A stretch of 64,000 nt of DNA from positions 31,868,001 through 31,932,000 of the forward strand of contig OX442314.1 in the NCBI GenBank assembly GCA_949358305.1, read 5' to 3'. The position numbers and the translations under genes were made by a program. Under the pieces are notes generated by a model. It did not search any database. It worked only from the letters and a program-made list of their open reading frames with translations, and was not told where the DNA came from. The DNA is from Strigamia acuminata (taxonomy: Eukaryota). How positions within the stretch are numbered: position 1 is the stretch's first letter; each line of letters begins with the position of its first letter. Shown here piece by piece: positions 48,212 through 59,059 of this stretch.

Positions 48212-48930
48212 TTAAATATGACTAGATAATTTCCGTGTATTAAGTGTCAAGCTAAATGAATTTTGTGGAATGGTAAGCTCCTGAAATTAAATCTGAAGCT
48301 ATAGCCAAACCCAATATCCATTGTGATAGTAAAGTCAACTCTTGGTAGTCTCCTGATTTTCATCTGAAGTCCAGCCAAACATAATATTACTAAACACTTT
48401 TAATCAGATAAGTTGATATCAAAATATTATTGATCAAGTAAAAATATTAAAAACCGGAACTTTACATTTTCAGAAAAATGCAACAACTAAAGACCAACCA
48501 AAAACTCAGAATAATTATTTTATCTGAGTAACAGACTCGATGAACCATTCTATTAACACCCGTCCTTTAATTAACTCCACTGTTGACGGCAATAAATGTT
48601 GATCATTTACATATATAATTCTATATTTTTTATATATTCTAAAAAAAATCTTACCCTGATTTCATTTGTAATATCCTTGTCAGAATCATTCAAATCCCTA
48701 GTAGAAATTTTCGGTTCTTCACGGGTTTTCATTCTTTTTTTTAATTCTCTGAATAGCATTTGAATACTTTTAATAATTAATTTTAAAAATATAATATTCA
48801 AAACTGACCCATCACTTGGAATCGCATTTTCCATTTTTCCGATTTATATCTGGTTTTTCATTTATCCGATTTATATCTGGTTTTCCATTTATCCGATTTT
48901 GCTCGGGATGTTCAGGAGCAAAGTTACGTT

Positions 48931-49251
48931 ATGACGAGAATAGTCTTTAGAAAACAGAAGGAACTTAAAAAGAGTTTAGACAGAGAGAAACGACTCGTCG
49001 CCGACATAGAATACGTGGAAGGTTTAATAGAATGCGACGAAGAGAATTCAGCACTGCACAGACACATGTTGACGGTAGATGGAATAGAGTTTGTGTCATC
49101 ACCGTCCCTGATTCTGATTACGACTTACCGAGACGAGGAGGAAGAGGAAGAAGAAGAAGAAAGCAGCAGAGGATTGAAAAGAGCAAATTCAGATGACATT
49201 GTGAATCCACGGAAAAAACGCCGTGCAGATCCCGAAATAATCTGGAGTTGA
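48931..49251 (+). CDS. Possible small basic/acidic protein with a poly-Glu tract and C-terminal NLS-like PRKKRR (may be the last exon of a larger gene)
   Basis: ATG-initiated 106-aa ORF; its 3' third is retained in frame in duplicate copy A (43958-44076). No family recognised. Confidence 0.35.
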   Translation: MTRIVFRKQKELKKSLDREKRLVADIEYVEGLIECDEENSALHRHMLTVDGIEFVSSPSLILITTYRDEEEEEEEEESSRGLKRANSDDIVNPRKKRRADPEIIWS

Positions 49252-49690
49252 TGTTTAATAAGATGTACTTACTCGTGACAAATTTGGAAATTGCTGACTG
49301 GCATGTAATATTTTATATTTTATTTTTGTAAATTTATTTGGAGATGATGTTTCGTAGATCTGAAAAAGGGGAAATAGAAATAAAAGATGTTTGTATTCCT
49401 TCTCTTGTGGATTCCAAATCCACGACAGAAGAAACGTAACCAATTCGTCTGATCAACCCGAGTAACATCTGTTCTCATCTTTTCTTCCATTCCTATCACA
49501 ACCCTAAAAATTTTAAAAATTTTAATTTATTACTACATTTTTATTGATTTTTTGTGACAGCAGAAATAAAAATGATTCATTTCATTTCATGTATTTTATT
49601 TTTATTTGGGTATTATTTTATTTATTGTATTTTGAGTAAGAGAAAGTTTATTATTTATCTTAGTCCATCATTTAGCGCCATCTAGGGATA

Positions 49691-52162
49691 CTGCTCCGAC
49701 CTGCTCCGACCTGTGTGTTTCTCTTGCTGATGCTTGCTTGGTTTCTCCCGACAATTATCATCCGCCTTTGGCGTTTCGCCTGTCTATTGTTGGTGTCCCT
49801 GCTGCGAGAGGTGACTATCTTTGCTTTAGAGCTGGGGATTATCATTCTCTATATACTTTTTTGGCGGGCTATGATTGGTCTTGTGTTCTCAGCTGCTCTG
49901 ATGTTAATGTTGGGGTTGGGATGTTGTCTGACGTTCTTGTGGAGGCGGTTCGTCGTTATATTCCGCGTAGGGTTCGAATGGATTCTAAGTTTCCCCCGTG
50001 GTTCTCCTTTGACTTAAGGGTTTTATTGAGGGACAAGCGTGTTTTTCATCGGAAATTCAAGCGTTATGGTCGTGGATGTGACTATCTTAGATTTGCGGAG
50101 TGTCGCAGGGGTGCTAAGGTTCAGATGAGGAGGGATCGTGAGGCGTACTTTGGGGTGATTGCGGATTCTGTCCGCTATAATCCTAGGAACTTTTGGCGAT
50201 TTGTAAAGCCCAGGTATCGTGCTGCCCATTCGGACATTGTCCTGGACGATGGAGGGGTTTTGACCGCTGAGTCCGCGGATTTGGGAAGACTCTTTTGTCA
50301 TCATTTTGGGTCGATTGTATCGGGCTATCACAATACTGCTGCGGTAAATGAGTATCTGGACTCTGAGATGGGGATTAAAAGCTCCAGTGATTCTTTTGTT
50401 GCCGATCGTCTGGACATTCCGGCTTTGTCTGGAATTGATGTTCGAGCGGCATCGGTGAAGCTCCGATCGCATGGTGCCTGTGGTTTGGACGGGTTTCCGC
50501 CGTTCATCCTTAAGGGATGTATTGAGGTGTTATTGGTTCCTCTGGTTTATTTGTTCAATCTGTCGCTTTCTTGCGGGGTTTTTCCGGTTGCTTGGAAGGA
50601 TGCGTTGGTGGTCCCTGTTTTCAAGAGCGGTAAGCGCACCAGCGTATCCAATTTTAGACCTATCTCTTTATTGAGTAGTTTGGCTAAGTTATTTGAACTA
50701 TCTGTGCTTGCCAGGATGAGCTCGTGGGTAGATGGATTTACTACGGATGCCCAGTTTGGTTTTACATGTGGGAAGTCTGTGGAGCTGAATCTCCTGAATT
50801 TTTATAATGAGGTATTCGACTCTTTTCATACCAGGGGCCAATTTGATGTCATCTACTTGGATTTCGCGAAGGCTTTTGATCGAATTTGCCACGATCTACT
50901 GTTGATCAAGCTGGAGTTTTACGGTTTGTCCCCGCGTTTTATTAAGTGGTTTGCTAGTTATTTAGGTCGGAGGAATAACTTTCTTAAGTGTAATGGGGTT
51001 ACTACGTCAAGTTGTTACGTGACTAATTCTGGTGTCCCACAGGGTTCTATTCTGGGTCCTGTGTTGTTCAAGCTGTTTATCAACGATTTATCCTACTTTC
51101 TTCGTGGTCTGTCCCACTCGTTCTTTGCGGATGATACCAAGTTGGGCCGCAGCATTGATACTGTTGGGGATTGCGAGGATCTGCAGCGTTATTTGAATAG
51201 AGTACAATGTTGGACTGATGCAAACTGCATGAGCCTAAATGTCAACAAGTCAGTAGTGCTTTCTTTCTCCCGTCGTGCTGTGAAGCTTTTGCATCCCTAC
51301 ACGTTGGGTGGTGTTTTGATTCCACGACGTTCGGTGATAAGGGATCTGGGTGTGACTTTCGATGATTGTTTTATCTTTAGAAATCATGTTAATCGATTGG
51401 TCGGTGAGTGTACGAGGGTTTTGGGCATTCTCTTTCGTCTCTCTTTTGTTTTTACGTCTCCGGGTCCGCTTCGCTTGTTGTTTATTTCTTTGGTTCGTTC
51501 TCGTATTTTGTTTTCGTCTTTGGTTTGGAGGGGCTGTGCTGTCTATCTGCTTAACCGTCTCGAGGGGCTGCAACGTAATTTTGCTTGGATGATTTATAGG
51601 AGATATTTTTATCACCTATTTAATTATTCTTATTCGGAGGTGCTCGTGGCTTTGGGTTTGCGTTCTGTTGGTTCCCATATGATTCTTCTTGACTGCATTT
51701 TCGTTTTTCGTTTGATCAGTGGCAAGGTCGTGGCTCCCTGTCTGTTATCTTGCTTGCACTTTAATGTTCCTTGGGTGGGGAGGGAGTTGCGCACCCCACG
51801 TGTTACTTTCTCTGTTTCTAACTCTTACTCCCCTGTTGGGCGTTTATTACGGAGCGTTAATGTCTTTTTGGGTGATATTGACATTTTTAATTGTACTCTC
51901 TCTGGTATTGAGCATGCTTTTGTTGTTGGGTCTTGATGCTGATTTAATGTAATTTTAATTTTGATTTTTTGTTTTTGCTGTTGTGTTTCTTTTGATGTTC
52001 TATTTTGAATTATGATTTTTTTTTTTTTTTTTGATCTCTTTTTGTTTTTGTAATTGACGATGGTTGTTTAGGTGGTTTGATGGGTGTCCCCCCCCTGTAG
52101 GCTTCGGCTGTTGGGGGGCACCCTTCTTTTGGAAAATAAACAATAATAATAATAATAATAAT
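49691..52162 (+). mobile_element. 5'-truncated non-LTR retrotransposon (CR1/L2-Jockey group), inserted into duplication copy B
   Basis: Absent from copy A at the same site (GGGATA^ATAAT). RT ORF, T-rich 3'UTR, GC-rich 3' stem-loop 52082-52123, AATAAA and an (AAT)n tail. Confidence 0.92.
49738..51936 (+). CDS. LINE ORF2 fragment: end of endonuclease plus complete reverse transcriptase
   Basis: D.YHPPL; VPVFKSG...NFRPIS; DVIYLDFAKAFD; GVPQGSILGPVLF..FINDL; FADD; DLGVTFD. No stops over 732 codons. Confidence 0.92.
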   Translation: MVSPDNYHPPLAFRLSIVGVPAARGDYLCFRAGDYHSLYTFLAGYDWSCVLSCSDVNVGVGMLSDVLVEAVRRYIPRRVRMDSKFPPWFSFDLRVLLRDKRVFHRKFKRYGRGCDYLRFAECRRGAKVQMRRDREAYFGVIADSVRYNPRNFWRFVKPRYRAAHSDIVLDDGGVLTAESADLGRLFCHHFGSIVSGYHNTAAVNEYLDSEMGIKSSSDSFVADRLDIPALSGIDVRAASVKLRSHGACGLDGFPPFILKGCIEVLLVPLVYLFNLSLSCGVFPVAWKDALVVPVFKSGKRTSVSNFRPISLLSSLAKLFELSVLARMSSWVDGFTTDAQFGFTCGKSVELNLLNFYNEVFDSFHTRGQFDVIYLDFAKAFDRICHDLLLIKLEFYGLSPRFIKWFASYLGRRNNFLKCNGVTTSSCYVTNSGVPQGSILGPVLFKLFINDLSYFLRGLSHSFFADDTKLGRSIDTVGDCEDLQRYLNRVQCWTDANCMSLNVNKSVVLSFSRRAVKLLHPYTLGGVLIPRRSVIRDLGVTFDDCFIFRNHVNRLVGECTRVLGILFRLSFVFTSPGPLRLLFISLVRSRILFSSLVWRGCAVYLLNRLEGLQRNFAWMIYRRYFYHLFNYSYSEVLVALGLRSVGSHMILLDCIFVFRLISGKVVAPCLLSCLHFNVPWVGRELRTPRVTFSVSNSYSPVGRLLRSVNVFLGDIDIFNCTLSGIEHAFVVGS

Positions 52163-53089
52163 TGTATCTACTGGTAATTCAGATAAACCATGAATGATTG
52201 ATGATTCCCCTTTCGGACTTCGACATCGGATTAGTTTTTATCAGATAAGTTATCTAAAATCCTACAACATTATTCCTTAGATATTTATTAAAAACTCAAA
52301 ATTCTATTTTACAGATAAACGAACGAAACTTATGAAATTCTCCGCTTCGGAACTTAGAATACGAGCGAAACTACCTCTCCATATGTTGATTTGCAACAAC
52401 ATTCCACCATGTTACGGATGGAAAAAGATACAGGAGCCGCTGCAACAATAATCAATTTCCATAACCAAACTATTCGCTTTATTTTTGCATTTTATTGTTG
52501 TAAATTGAAGGAGGAGAGGCGCATCGATTGATGTGGATACAAATCGCTTTATTCTCGTATCGCGCGATCTCCGCGCGTTACTGGTCGAACTGGAAGTCCC
52601 CAAGTCACGTTTTGGGTTACGAGATTACAGAACAACTCCCTCTGGCCGGAGAGACCCTCACACCGGATTTTCACATTGGATCAAGGTGACCAGAAACAAA
52701 ACGACATTTATTACTTTGTTTAAACGTTTATTATTAATTGTTACATTCAATAATGCGAAATAATGCTACAAGTATGTTCTTTGGTTGAATTACAAATCAA
52801 TCTATGGCTACACTGAAACCTGCTTCTTTCACTTAAGCAAGCGCTGCAAGTTGTGTGAAAGTAATAAATAAATTTGGATTGATTCCCGAACGGGCGTATT
52901 GTGATTGCGCAGCATTAAGAGTGATGGTGGCGGGCAGTGACTGTTTGAACTTTGAATTTAGCATCAAATTATAGCCTGTCATCTTATGTGGTTGTTAATA
53001 ATTAGAATAATAATAATTAATGAGAAATACATCCGAAAAACTAATAAGGATACGGGGTTATAAGCAATAATAGAGTGAGATAAGATCGG

Positions 53090-54588
53090 TTATTTTTTCC
53101 CTGGGAGAACTTGGGGCAAATAATTCAAGCAGGAAAGGAGGGAAATCCCGAGGAAAAGTCCTACGGTGCCACCCACTTCAGACACCAAGCTGGACAGGGG
53201 ATAAGCAAAATATTCGCTAACGATTTGTTTCGTATTCGTTTTGTGAATGATTGTGACTGTGGAGGCAGAGCCGTTTTGTGGATTTGAGCCATATTCTGTC
53301 ATTATGGGGAATCTGGTGACGGAACATGGGCGTCTGCAATTGCTGTTATGTTGTGAATACAAAAGGGAAAGAATTTTCTTTTTCAGTTTATTCACTTGGA
53401 CAATTGTGTTGCAAAGCGGTTTTGTCGAGTTCACAAAAGGCCATCTAAGGTGGATATGGAATTATTATCGAATATCTATTGATTAAGCATAAGTATTAAT
53501 CTGACCTGCATTTGATGTCAGAAGTGTCTAATTGGTCATTAATCCATCGATTAACGCACTCGATCTCTTCATCCTCAGTGACGCAGGGGTTTCGACTCGT
53601 GTTTAAATATTCAAACTACAACAGTTGTCAATATTTAAATACGGAAATCAATGCGATCATTGTCTGTGTTTGATTGTTTACTTTTGTTTCTGACAGTTCC
53701 ATAGCACTGTATTTCCATGGACGAATGACTGATCTGCCAATAAACATGAGTTTGGTTGAAGTTGCTTCGTAAACATCAGCCTGTAATAGACGAATTGTAA
53801 TATTATTATATTGTAATATTGGATTCATCTTACATGGAATCCTTTAGAATCTGAAGTTAACGGTAAATCCAACCAAAACAGCCAGGTTTTTCCAATAAAA
53901 TACCATTCCAGATCTAAAAGAATCAAATATTGTTTCAGGATTTTTGTGTGAATTAAACGGAATAGTTAGTAATGACCAAATTGTAGAAGTCTGCATGGAC
54001 CCGCGATCGTGTTGGCTTCCCTCTCTTGTAGCCAGTCTTCGGTTTTACATTTGCTGGAATTGACTGCATGATGACACTGGAATACCCGGTTGGCTTTATA
54101 CGGTCAAATTGTTACTTGATGTTTAAACTTACGTTGGCTGATTTGACGATTATGACTTTTGTTGAGTTTTCCCATAGATCCAATAGTGTGACCTTGATCT
54201 TGTCGAAAGGAAAATGTTCCTGGTCGGCCGGACTCAGTGCGCTGCAAGCTGCGTCTCTTACACAGAGTGGATCGAATCTTTTGGAAAAGTCGTACGTCAG
54301 ATCGGGAGTGAATGGGCAAATTACGAGGCTAGGTGTTTTGTACTGGTTGAAGCTTTCAATTTTTACATAGTTGCCTATTGGCTGTGCAAAGTACTTGTCG
54401 ATGCAAATTGACAACTGCCAAGTGCACAGTGCAGTGCTCAGCAGCAGCGAAGCAATTCCCAATGCTTTGGCCGTCTTATTTGCCTGCGGTTGTCGTTGTC
54501 GTTTTGGTGTTCGTGTGATGCGAATATGGTGTACGCGAGTATCCGGAGAAACAATTCTACGTCCCATTCTTCTACTATGGATTTTCAT
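53090..54588 (-). CDS. DEG/ENaC (pickpocket-like) channel subunit B, 397 aa; exons 54588-54116, 54053-53977, 53913-53834, 53780-53682, 53615-53506, 53444-53090
   Basis: Same intron positions and phases as copy A, all in frame (1194 nt); TM2 SEVGGTVGLFLGIS. Confidence 0.88.
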
Positions 54589-54975
54589 CGCGCCTGAAAA
54601 TGACCCCCACAACAGCAGGAAAACAATATTTAAGGTGTCTTAACGAGTATTAACGTTAACGCTCGCCTACCAAACCTGTGTGTTGTTTGTTACTGCTCGT
54701 TTCCATGTGATTGAATTCAAACGCTGCGGTTTTATTGTGTGTGTGTGTGTTTGCATTTTAATGGGTATTGATTAATGATTTAATATTAATTCTGTATCTA
54801 GGAGATGCCATTCGAAAGGCTGTTTTGTTTATGGTAGCGTCTAGCGCAAGTTACCTAGGAGATAATGATGATTGAGTTACACGTGTATGACCTGAATACA
54901 AGAGCGATATGGTCGTTATCCACCGTTGCCACCACCTCCACAAGAAAATCACTAACTTGTTAAGTTTTAAAACAT

Positions 54976-55926
54976 TGTGGTGATCTCAAATATTTCACCA
55001 ACTTAGAAGATAAATTAATTGTGTCTTCTAATTAATTTGACTGTGGCACACGCCAAGTCGAATCATGTGACGAAGGGGAGGAAACTTCCCTAGGCACATA
55101 TCACCTCAGGTTGGCTGGGGTGAAAGACGGTAATTAACCGTTATGGTGCAATATTGGGCAATAATCCTTTGTTGCACCAGTTTCAGCTAATTGCGCAGAT
55201 TATCTGCGCAATATTGAAGCGTGCCGGGCTCGCGCCCTAGCTTCAATCGAGACTCTTGACAAAAATACACAACCCACAACATCACTGCGATATTTGCTCC
55301 GACAATTCGTATTGACAGTGGACCGTGTAACCGTCAAGTTTCACCAGCTTGCTTTGTAACAACTTACAAAGCCAGCAATCTTGCTTGAATTAGCCGTCGC
55401 TAATTCCAGCTATCGTAGAAGAAGAAGTTCCTGATCCAAGTGAACCATCGCCATCGTTGCTGCGCGAACGGCAACCATCGCCATCGTACCTGGACCAGAC
55501 GCCTGTAGCCGTCAACCACCGCCATCGAGCCGTCGCACGAGCCACAGAAGGACCCACGAGAACCATCGTCGCCAGGACCATCGTTCGTGAGTCGTTGAAC
55601 GAAGACATTTTGCCTTCATAACAACTTCCAGTTGTCAAGCGCCATCGCCGCGCTTTGTAGCTTGCAACAGTCGTTGCAAGCCCTTCCATTGTTCTTTCCC
55701 GCTCATTATTTCGCGACTTGTCGCTTTTAATCTCATTTTACCACTAGTCATTGTATTTATTGTAATAAAAAGTGTTCATTTGAATTATAAAACTGTCTTT
55801 TTATTTCTCCTTATTAAAATTAACCCTAGATAATTTTCGGCCGCGATATAAGTCTTTTAAAGCATTCACCTGCGGTTTCACGCTTATTTATTAGGAATAA
55901 GTGTGATAAAAACCCGGATCGCAGCA
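54976..55926 (+). repeat. 5' LTR of copy 2 (951 bp)
   Basis: TGTGGTGATCTC...GATCGCAGCA, homologous to the copy 1 LTR; preceded by ACAT (expected TSD). Confidence 0.92.
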
Positions 55927-55928
55927 CG

Positions 55929-55946
55929 TGGGGGCCCGTCCGGGAT
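55929..55946 (+). other. tRNA-Pro primer binding site (copy 2)
   Basis: TGGGGGCCCGTCCGGGAT, identical to copy 1. Confidence 0.88.
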
Positions 55947-56043
55947 ATATTTCAATTGTATAAATTTTTGTCAGTTAAAATTTACCCGCCATTTTTATCT
56001 TGTTTGTCTTTCTTATCTTTCCTTTCTCTGTCTTCATTGAAAA

Positions 56044-59025
56044 ATGGCGACTCCAAGCGAAAAGAGACCACGAGGACGACCAGCGAAGAAACAATTGGCG
56101 ATCGAATTACAAGTCGTGGATCCTGAAGTTCCAGCGATTGAAGAACAGTTTGAAGCTATGGATCAAACTGTGAGCGTGAACGACGGCACGCCATGTTTGG
56201 AAGAACAAACGTCGCAACCGTTTAACGGCCAGTCGAATTTGAATATTCCGACTGGAAGCGGCTATTCCAAGCAACATAAAGATGATTTGAACGCGTCAAC
56301 ACAAGTTCAATCATCTAGTGCCGAACATTCAATGCACTCCTCACCTTTGCTGCTGCAAGGTAGAGAACCGCCCGACTCGGAGGTTTCTTCTTCTCCGGTG
56401 CGTGTCACAATGATAGACGCACTTCGTGAGCAAGCTAAGCTCGCCGGAGTGGAAGTCATCGATGAGATGACAGTGGAAGAACTCCACCAGGCAATGGTTG
56501 AAAAACATAGCCAAAAAGCAGTCGAAACGCTCAAGACTAGCTTACAAATTGAGTTCGAAAGGCAACATGCTGAGTTACAACAGCAAAATGCAGAACTTAA
56601 GCGACAACGCGCACACGATCATGTGCAGTTGCTAAACTTCGAGCAGGAAAAGGCTTCATGGCTAATAACTGACGAAGAGCATCAAAAGATGCAACAGCAG
56701 CTAAATCAAGCTAAAAAAGATTTAGAAACTGCTAATGAGAATTTGAGAATTGCAAATTCCAATCTCATGACTGCCGAATTAAATTCACAAGCTAAACAGA
56801 AGCAAGTTAACCCTTCTTCTCAACAGCTAGAGCAATGTTCAGTAGAACAGGCAGCCAGAGCTAAGAGATTAGCTCAGCGAGAAAATGAATTATTTCTCGC
56901 TCAACAGCGGTCAGTAATTGACGCTGGTCAAAATGCTAGAAGTCTGAGCACTGCAGAGCAATTATTGCGTGCCGACTTAGCAGCCCAAGCTCGTGAAAAT
57001 GAAATTCTTCGTGCCGATTTATTAAAAGCACAGGAAGAATTCGAGGAAGTTGTGCAACGTGTGCAAGCTACCTCAAGTGATTCGATGTTTGCAAAACCAA
57101 ACCCAGTTTTGCAAAAAGGTGCTCCAAAATCACCTTCGTTGATTAATTTGAATTCAACTGAGTCGAAGCTCAGTCGCCAGTCCAGTTGGACCGATAGTGA
57201 TGACTCGCGAAGTAGTCGTAGCAGCCGTGGCAGCCGTCATGGCCGAAAAAAGCGAAAACGACAACCGGACCCGACCGAATATCATCCGTCGAAGGCTTCG
57301 CAGAATACGGACCAGTTCTTTAGCAACAGTGACCGATTACTCGGAATGTTGGCTGACAAGAACAAACAGCGTGAGGAATCACGTGATCATGGCCGAGCAC
57401 ATGATAATCCGCGAGATGGCTCGTCCAAACGTGGATGTCCCGAAGACATTCGAGACGGACCAAGGTATCGTGAAGGTCCACCAGACGGAGATCCGCCTGG
57501 AGGGGACGACCCACATGGACATGGCGGTGGCCACTCAGGTGGCCACAATTCGAATGGCAATTATGGTAGAAGGGGACCCCCAGATGGAGATCGTGGTCCG
57601 CCCAATGATAACGATCCTCCTGACCCCGATCCACCGCCAAATTTTGCGAATCACGAGTCAGCGTCTGATACTGACTCCTCACACCCAAGTGTGAGAGGGC
57701 GCTCGCGTCACAGAACGCGTGGTAGAAGCCCGAACCAAGCTTTTTATACGAAAGCTGAGATTGACCAACTTCTGCGACAGAATGTCGGCAATCAGCAAAA
57801 GGACAGAAGAGATAAAGTCATTTTGCAAAAAATCAGCGAGTTCACATCCGATAAGTGGACTCATAGAGCGAATGATGAGAGATTTATTCGATGGGATCGA
57901 GTAGTCCCTCGTGCCTATAATGGATCCTGGCGAGCAGGGTCCAATTTCTTACTAGAAGTATTTGAATTAGGCAAAGAGCACAATTTCGGTTGTGAAAGCG
58001 CTCTAGACCATCTAGTACCAAAAATGCTAGTCGGAGACGTCAAAGAATGGTTTCGTCGTCGAAACTTCACGAAGTGGGATGACTTCGTTACTAAATTTAT
58101 GTTTAAATTTGGAGAATCGAGCGAAGACATCAAAATGCTTTGGAGAAGCTTAAAGCAACGAAAAGGCGAAAGCTTACATTCGTACATGCTTAGGGCAGAG
58201 AATCTGCTTGGCAGGGTGCCTCATGAAGTAACCGATGCAACTGCCGACGATCAGTTTCGTGCTGGTCTCAACGAATATTCAAAAAATATTCTAATGATGT
58301 CTAACGCACCAGACCCTGGGAAATTCTCAGAATTAAATGAATTTATGGAAGTAAATCAACTTCGTATTGAAGAAAAGTATAAAGCATACTTGACTGACGC
58401 TGAAAGGTCAGCTTTCCTACAGCGAGAGAAAAAGCTTGCTGAGAAAAATCATGAAACCTGCAATGGTTTGCAATTGATGCTTCCCCCTAGTTATGAAGAT
58501 ATACTAGATGAAATGGAAGAGAAGAAGTCGAAAAAAGATTCTTCTAAAAAAGAGGTAAACAATCCTCATTCCGTTCCGAAGTTACGTGCAAATGTAGCAG
58601 GAGCTGAAAGTCCAACCTCTGACGCTGAAAAAGTTGAAGAAGAGGGAGAAGGAGAAGATGAGACATTGGCTTTATTGGCCAAAACGGCTGCATTATTAGC
58701 CAAAAATAATTCAGTTGCTGGCAAATGGAAGCCAAGAATGAAGCCTAAAACAGTTTCATTCAATACTGACAAGGTGAATAAAGAAAGAAATTCAAAATCA
58801 CCTGCAGCATCACCTGAGCGTCGCTCAGACACTCGTTCTCGTTCTGCTTCACCAGCAGGTAAGAAAAAGAAGTCACCTTCTACCGATCCCTGCAACTTAT
58901 GTAAAAAGTTGGGACATTGGCAAAGAGATTGCCCCACTGCTACCAAGAAAGACAAACCAGTAACATCAGCTGAGTTTGAAAAAGCAGTAAAAGTTTTGAT
59001 GGATTTATTCGCAAAAAACTTATAG
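56044..59025 (+). CDS. gag: Gag (993 aa), copy 2
   Basis: Collinear with copy 1 Gag; CNLCKKLGHWQRDC knuckle. Confidence 0.93.
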   Translation: MATPSEKRPRGRPAKKQLAIELQVVDPEVPAIEEQFEAMDQTVSVNDGTPCLEEQTSQPFNGQSNLNIPTGSGYSKQHKDDLNASTQVQSSSAEHSMHSSPLLLQGREPPDSEVSSSPVRVTMIDALREQAKLAGVEVIDEMTVEELHQAMVEKHSQKAVETLKTSLQIEFERQHAELQQQNAELKRQRAHDHVQLLNFEQEKASWLITDEEHQKMQQQLNQAKKDLETANENLRIANSNLMTAELNSQAKQKQVNPSSQQLEQCSVEQAARAKRLAQRENELFLAQQRSVIDAGQNARSLSTAEQLLRADLAAQARENEILRADLLKAQEEFEEVVQRVQATSSDSMFAKPNPVLQKGAPKSPSLINLNSTESKLSRQSSWTDSDDSRSSRSSRGSRHGRKKRKRQPDPTEYHPSKASQNTDQFFSNSDRLLGMLADKNKQREESRDHGRAHDNPRDGSSKRGCPEDIRDGPRYREGPPDGDPPGGDDPHGHGGGHSGGHNSNGNYGRRGPPDGDRGPPNDNDPPDPDPPPNFANHESASDTDSSHPSVRGRSRHRTRGRSPNQAFYTKAEIDQLLRQNVGNQQKDRRDKVILQKISEFTSDKWTHRANDERFIRWDRVVPRAYNGSWRAGSNFLLEVFELGKEHNFGCESALDHLVPKMLVGDVKEWFRRRNFTKWDDFVTKFMFKFGESSEDIKMLWRSLKQRKGESLHSYMLRAENLLGRVPHEVTDATADDQFRAGLNEYSKNILMMSNAPDPGKFSELNEFMEVNQLRIEEKYKAYLTDAERSAFLQREKKLAEKNHETCNGLQLMLPPSYEDILDEMEEKKSKKDSSKKEVNNPHSVPKLRANVAGAESPTSDAEKVEEEGEGEDETLALLAKTAALLAKNNSVAGKWKPRMKPKTVSFNTDKVNKERNSKSPAASPERRSDTRSRSASPAGKKKKSPSTDPCNLCKKLGHWQRDCPTATKKDKPVTSAEFEKAVKVLMDLFAKNL

Positions 59026-59059
59026 ACGCAGATCCATCAGGTCTAGTGGATCCTGCGTC
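59013..59059 (+). other. -1 frameshift signal (copy 2)
   Basis: A_AAA_AAC at 59013-59019, 5-nt spacer, hairpin GACGCAG-ATCCAT-loop-GTGGAT-C-CTGCGTC at 59025-59059. Confidence 0.85.

Larger units (their letters stand above)
48750..54727. repeat. Segmental tandem duplication, copy B (interrupted by a LINE)
   Basis: Collinear with copy A. Confidence 0.88.
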
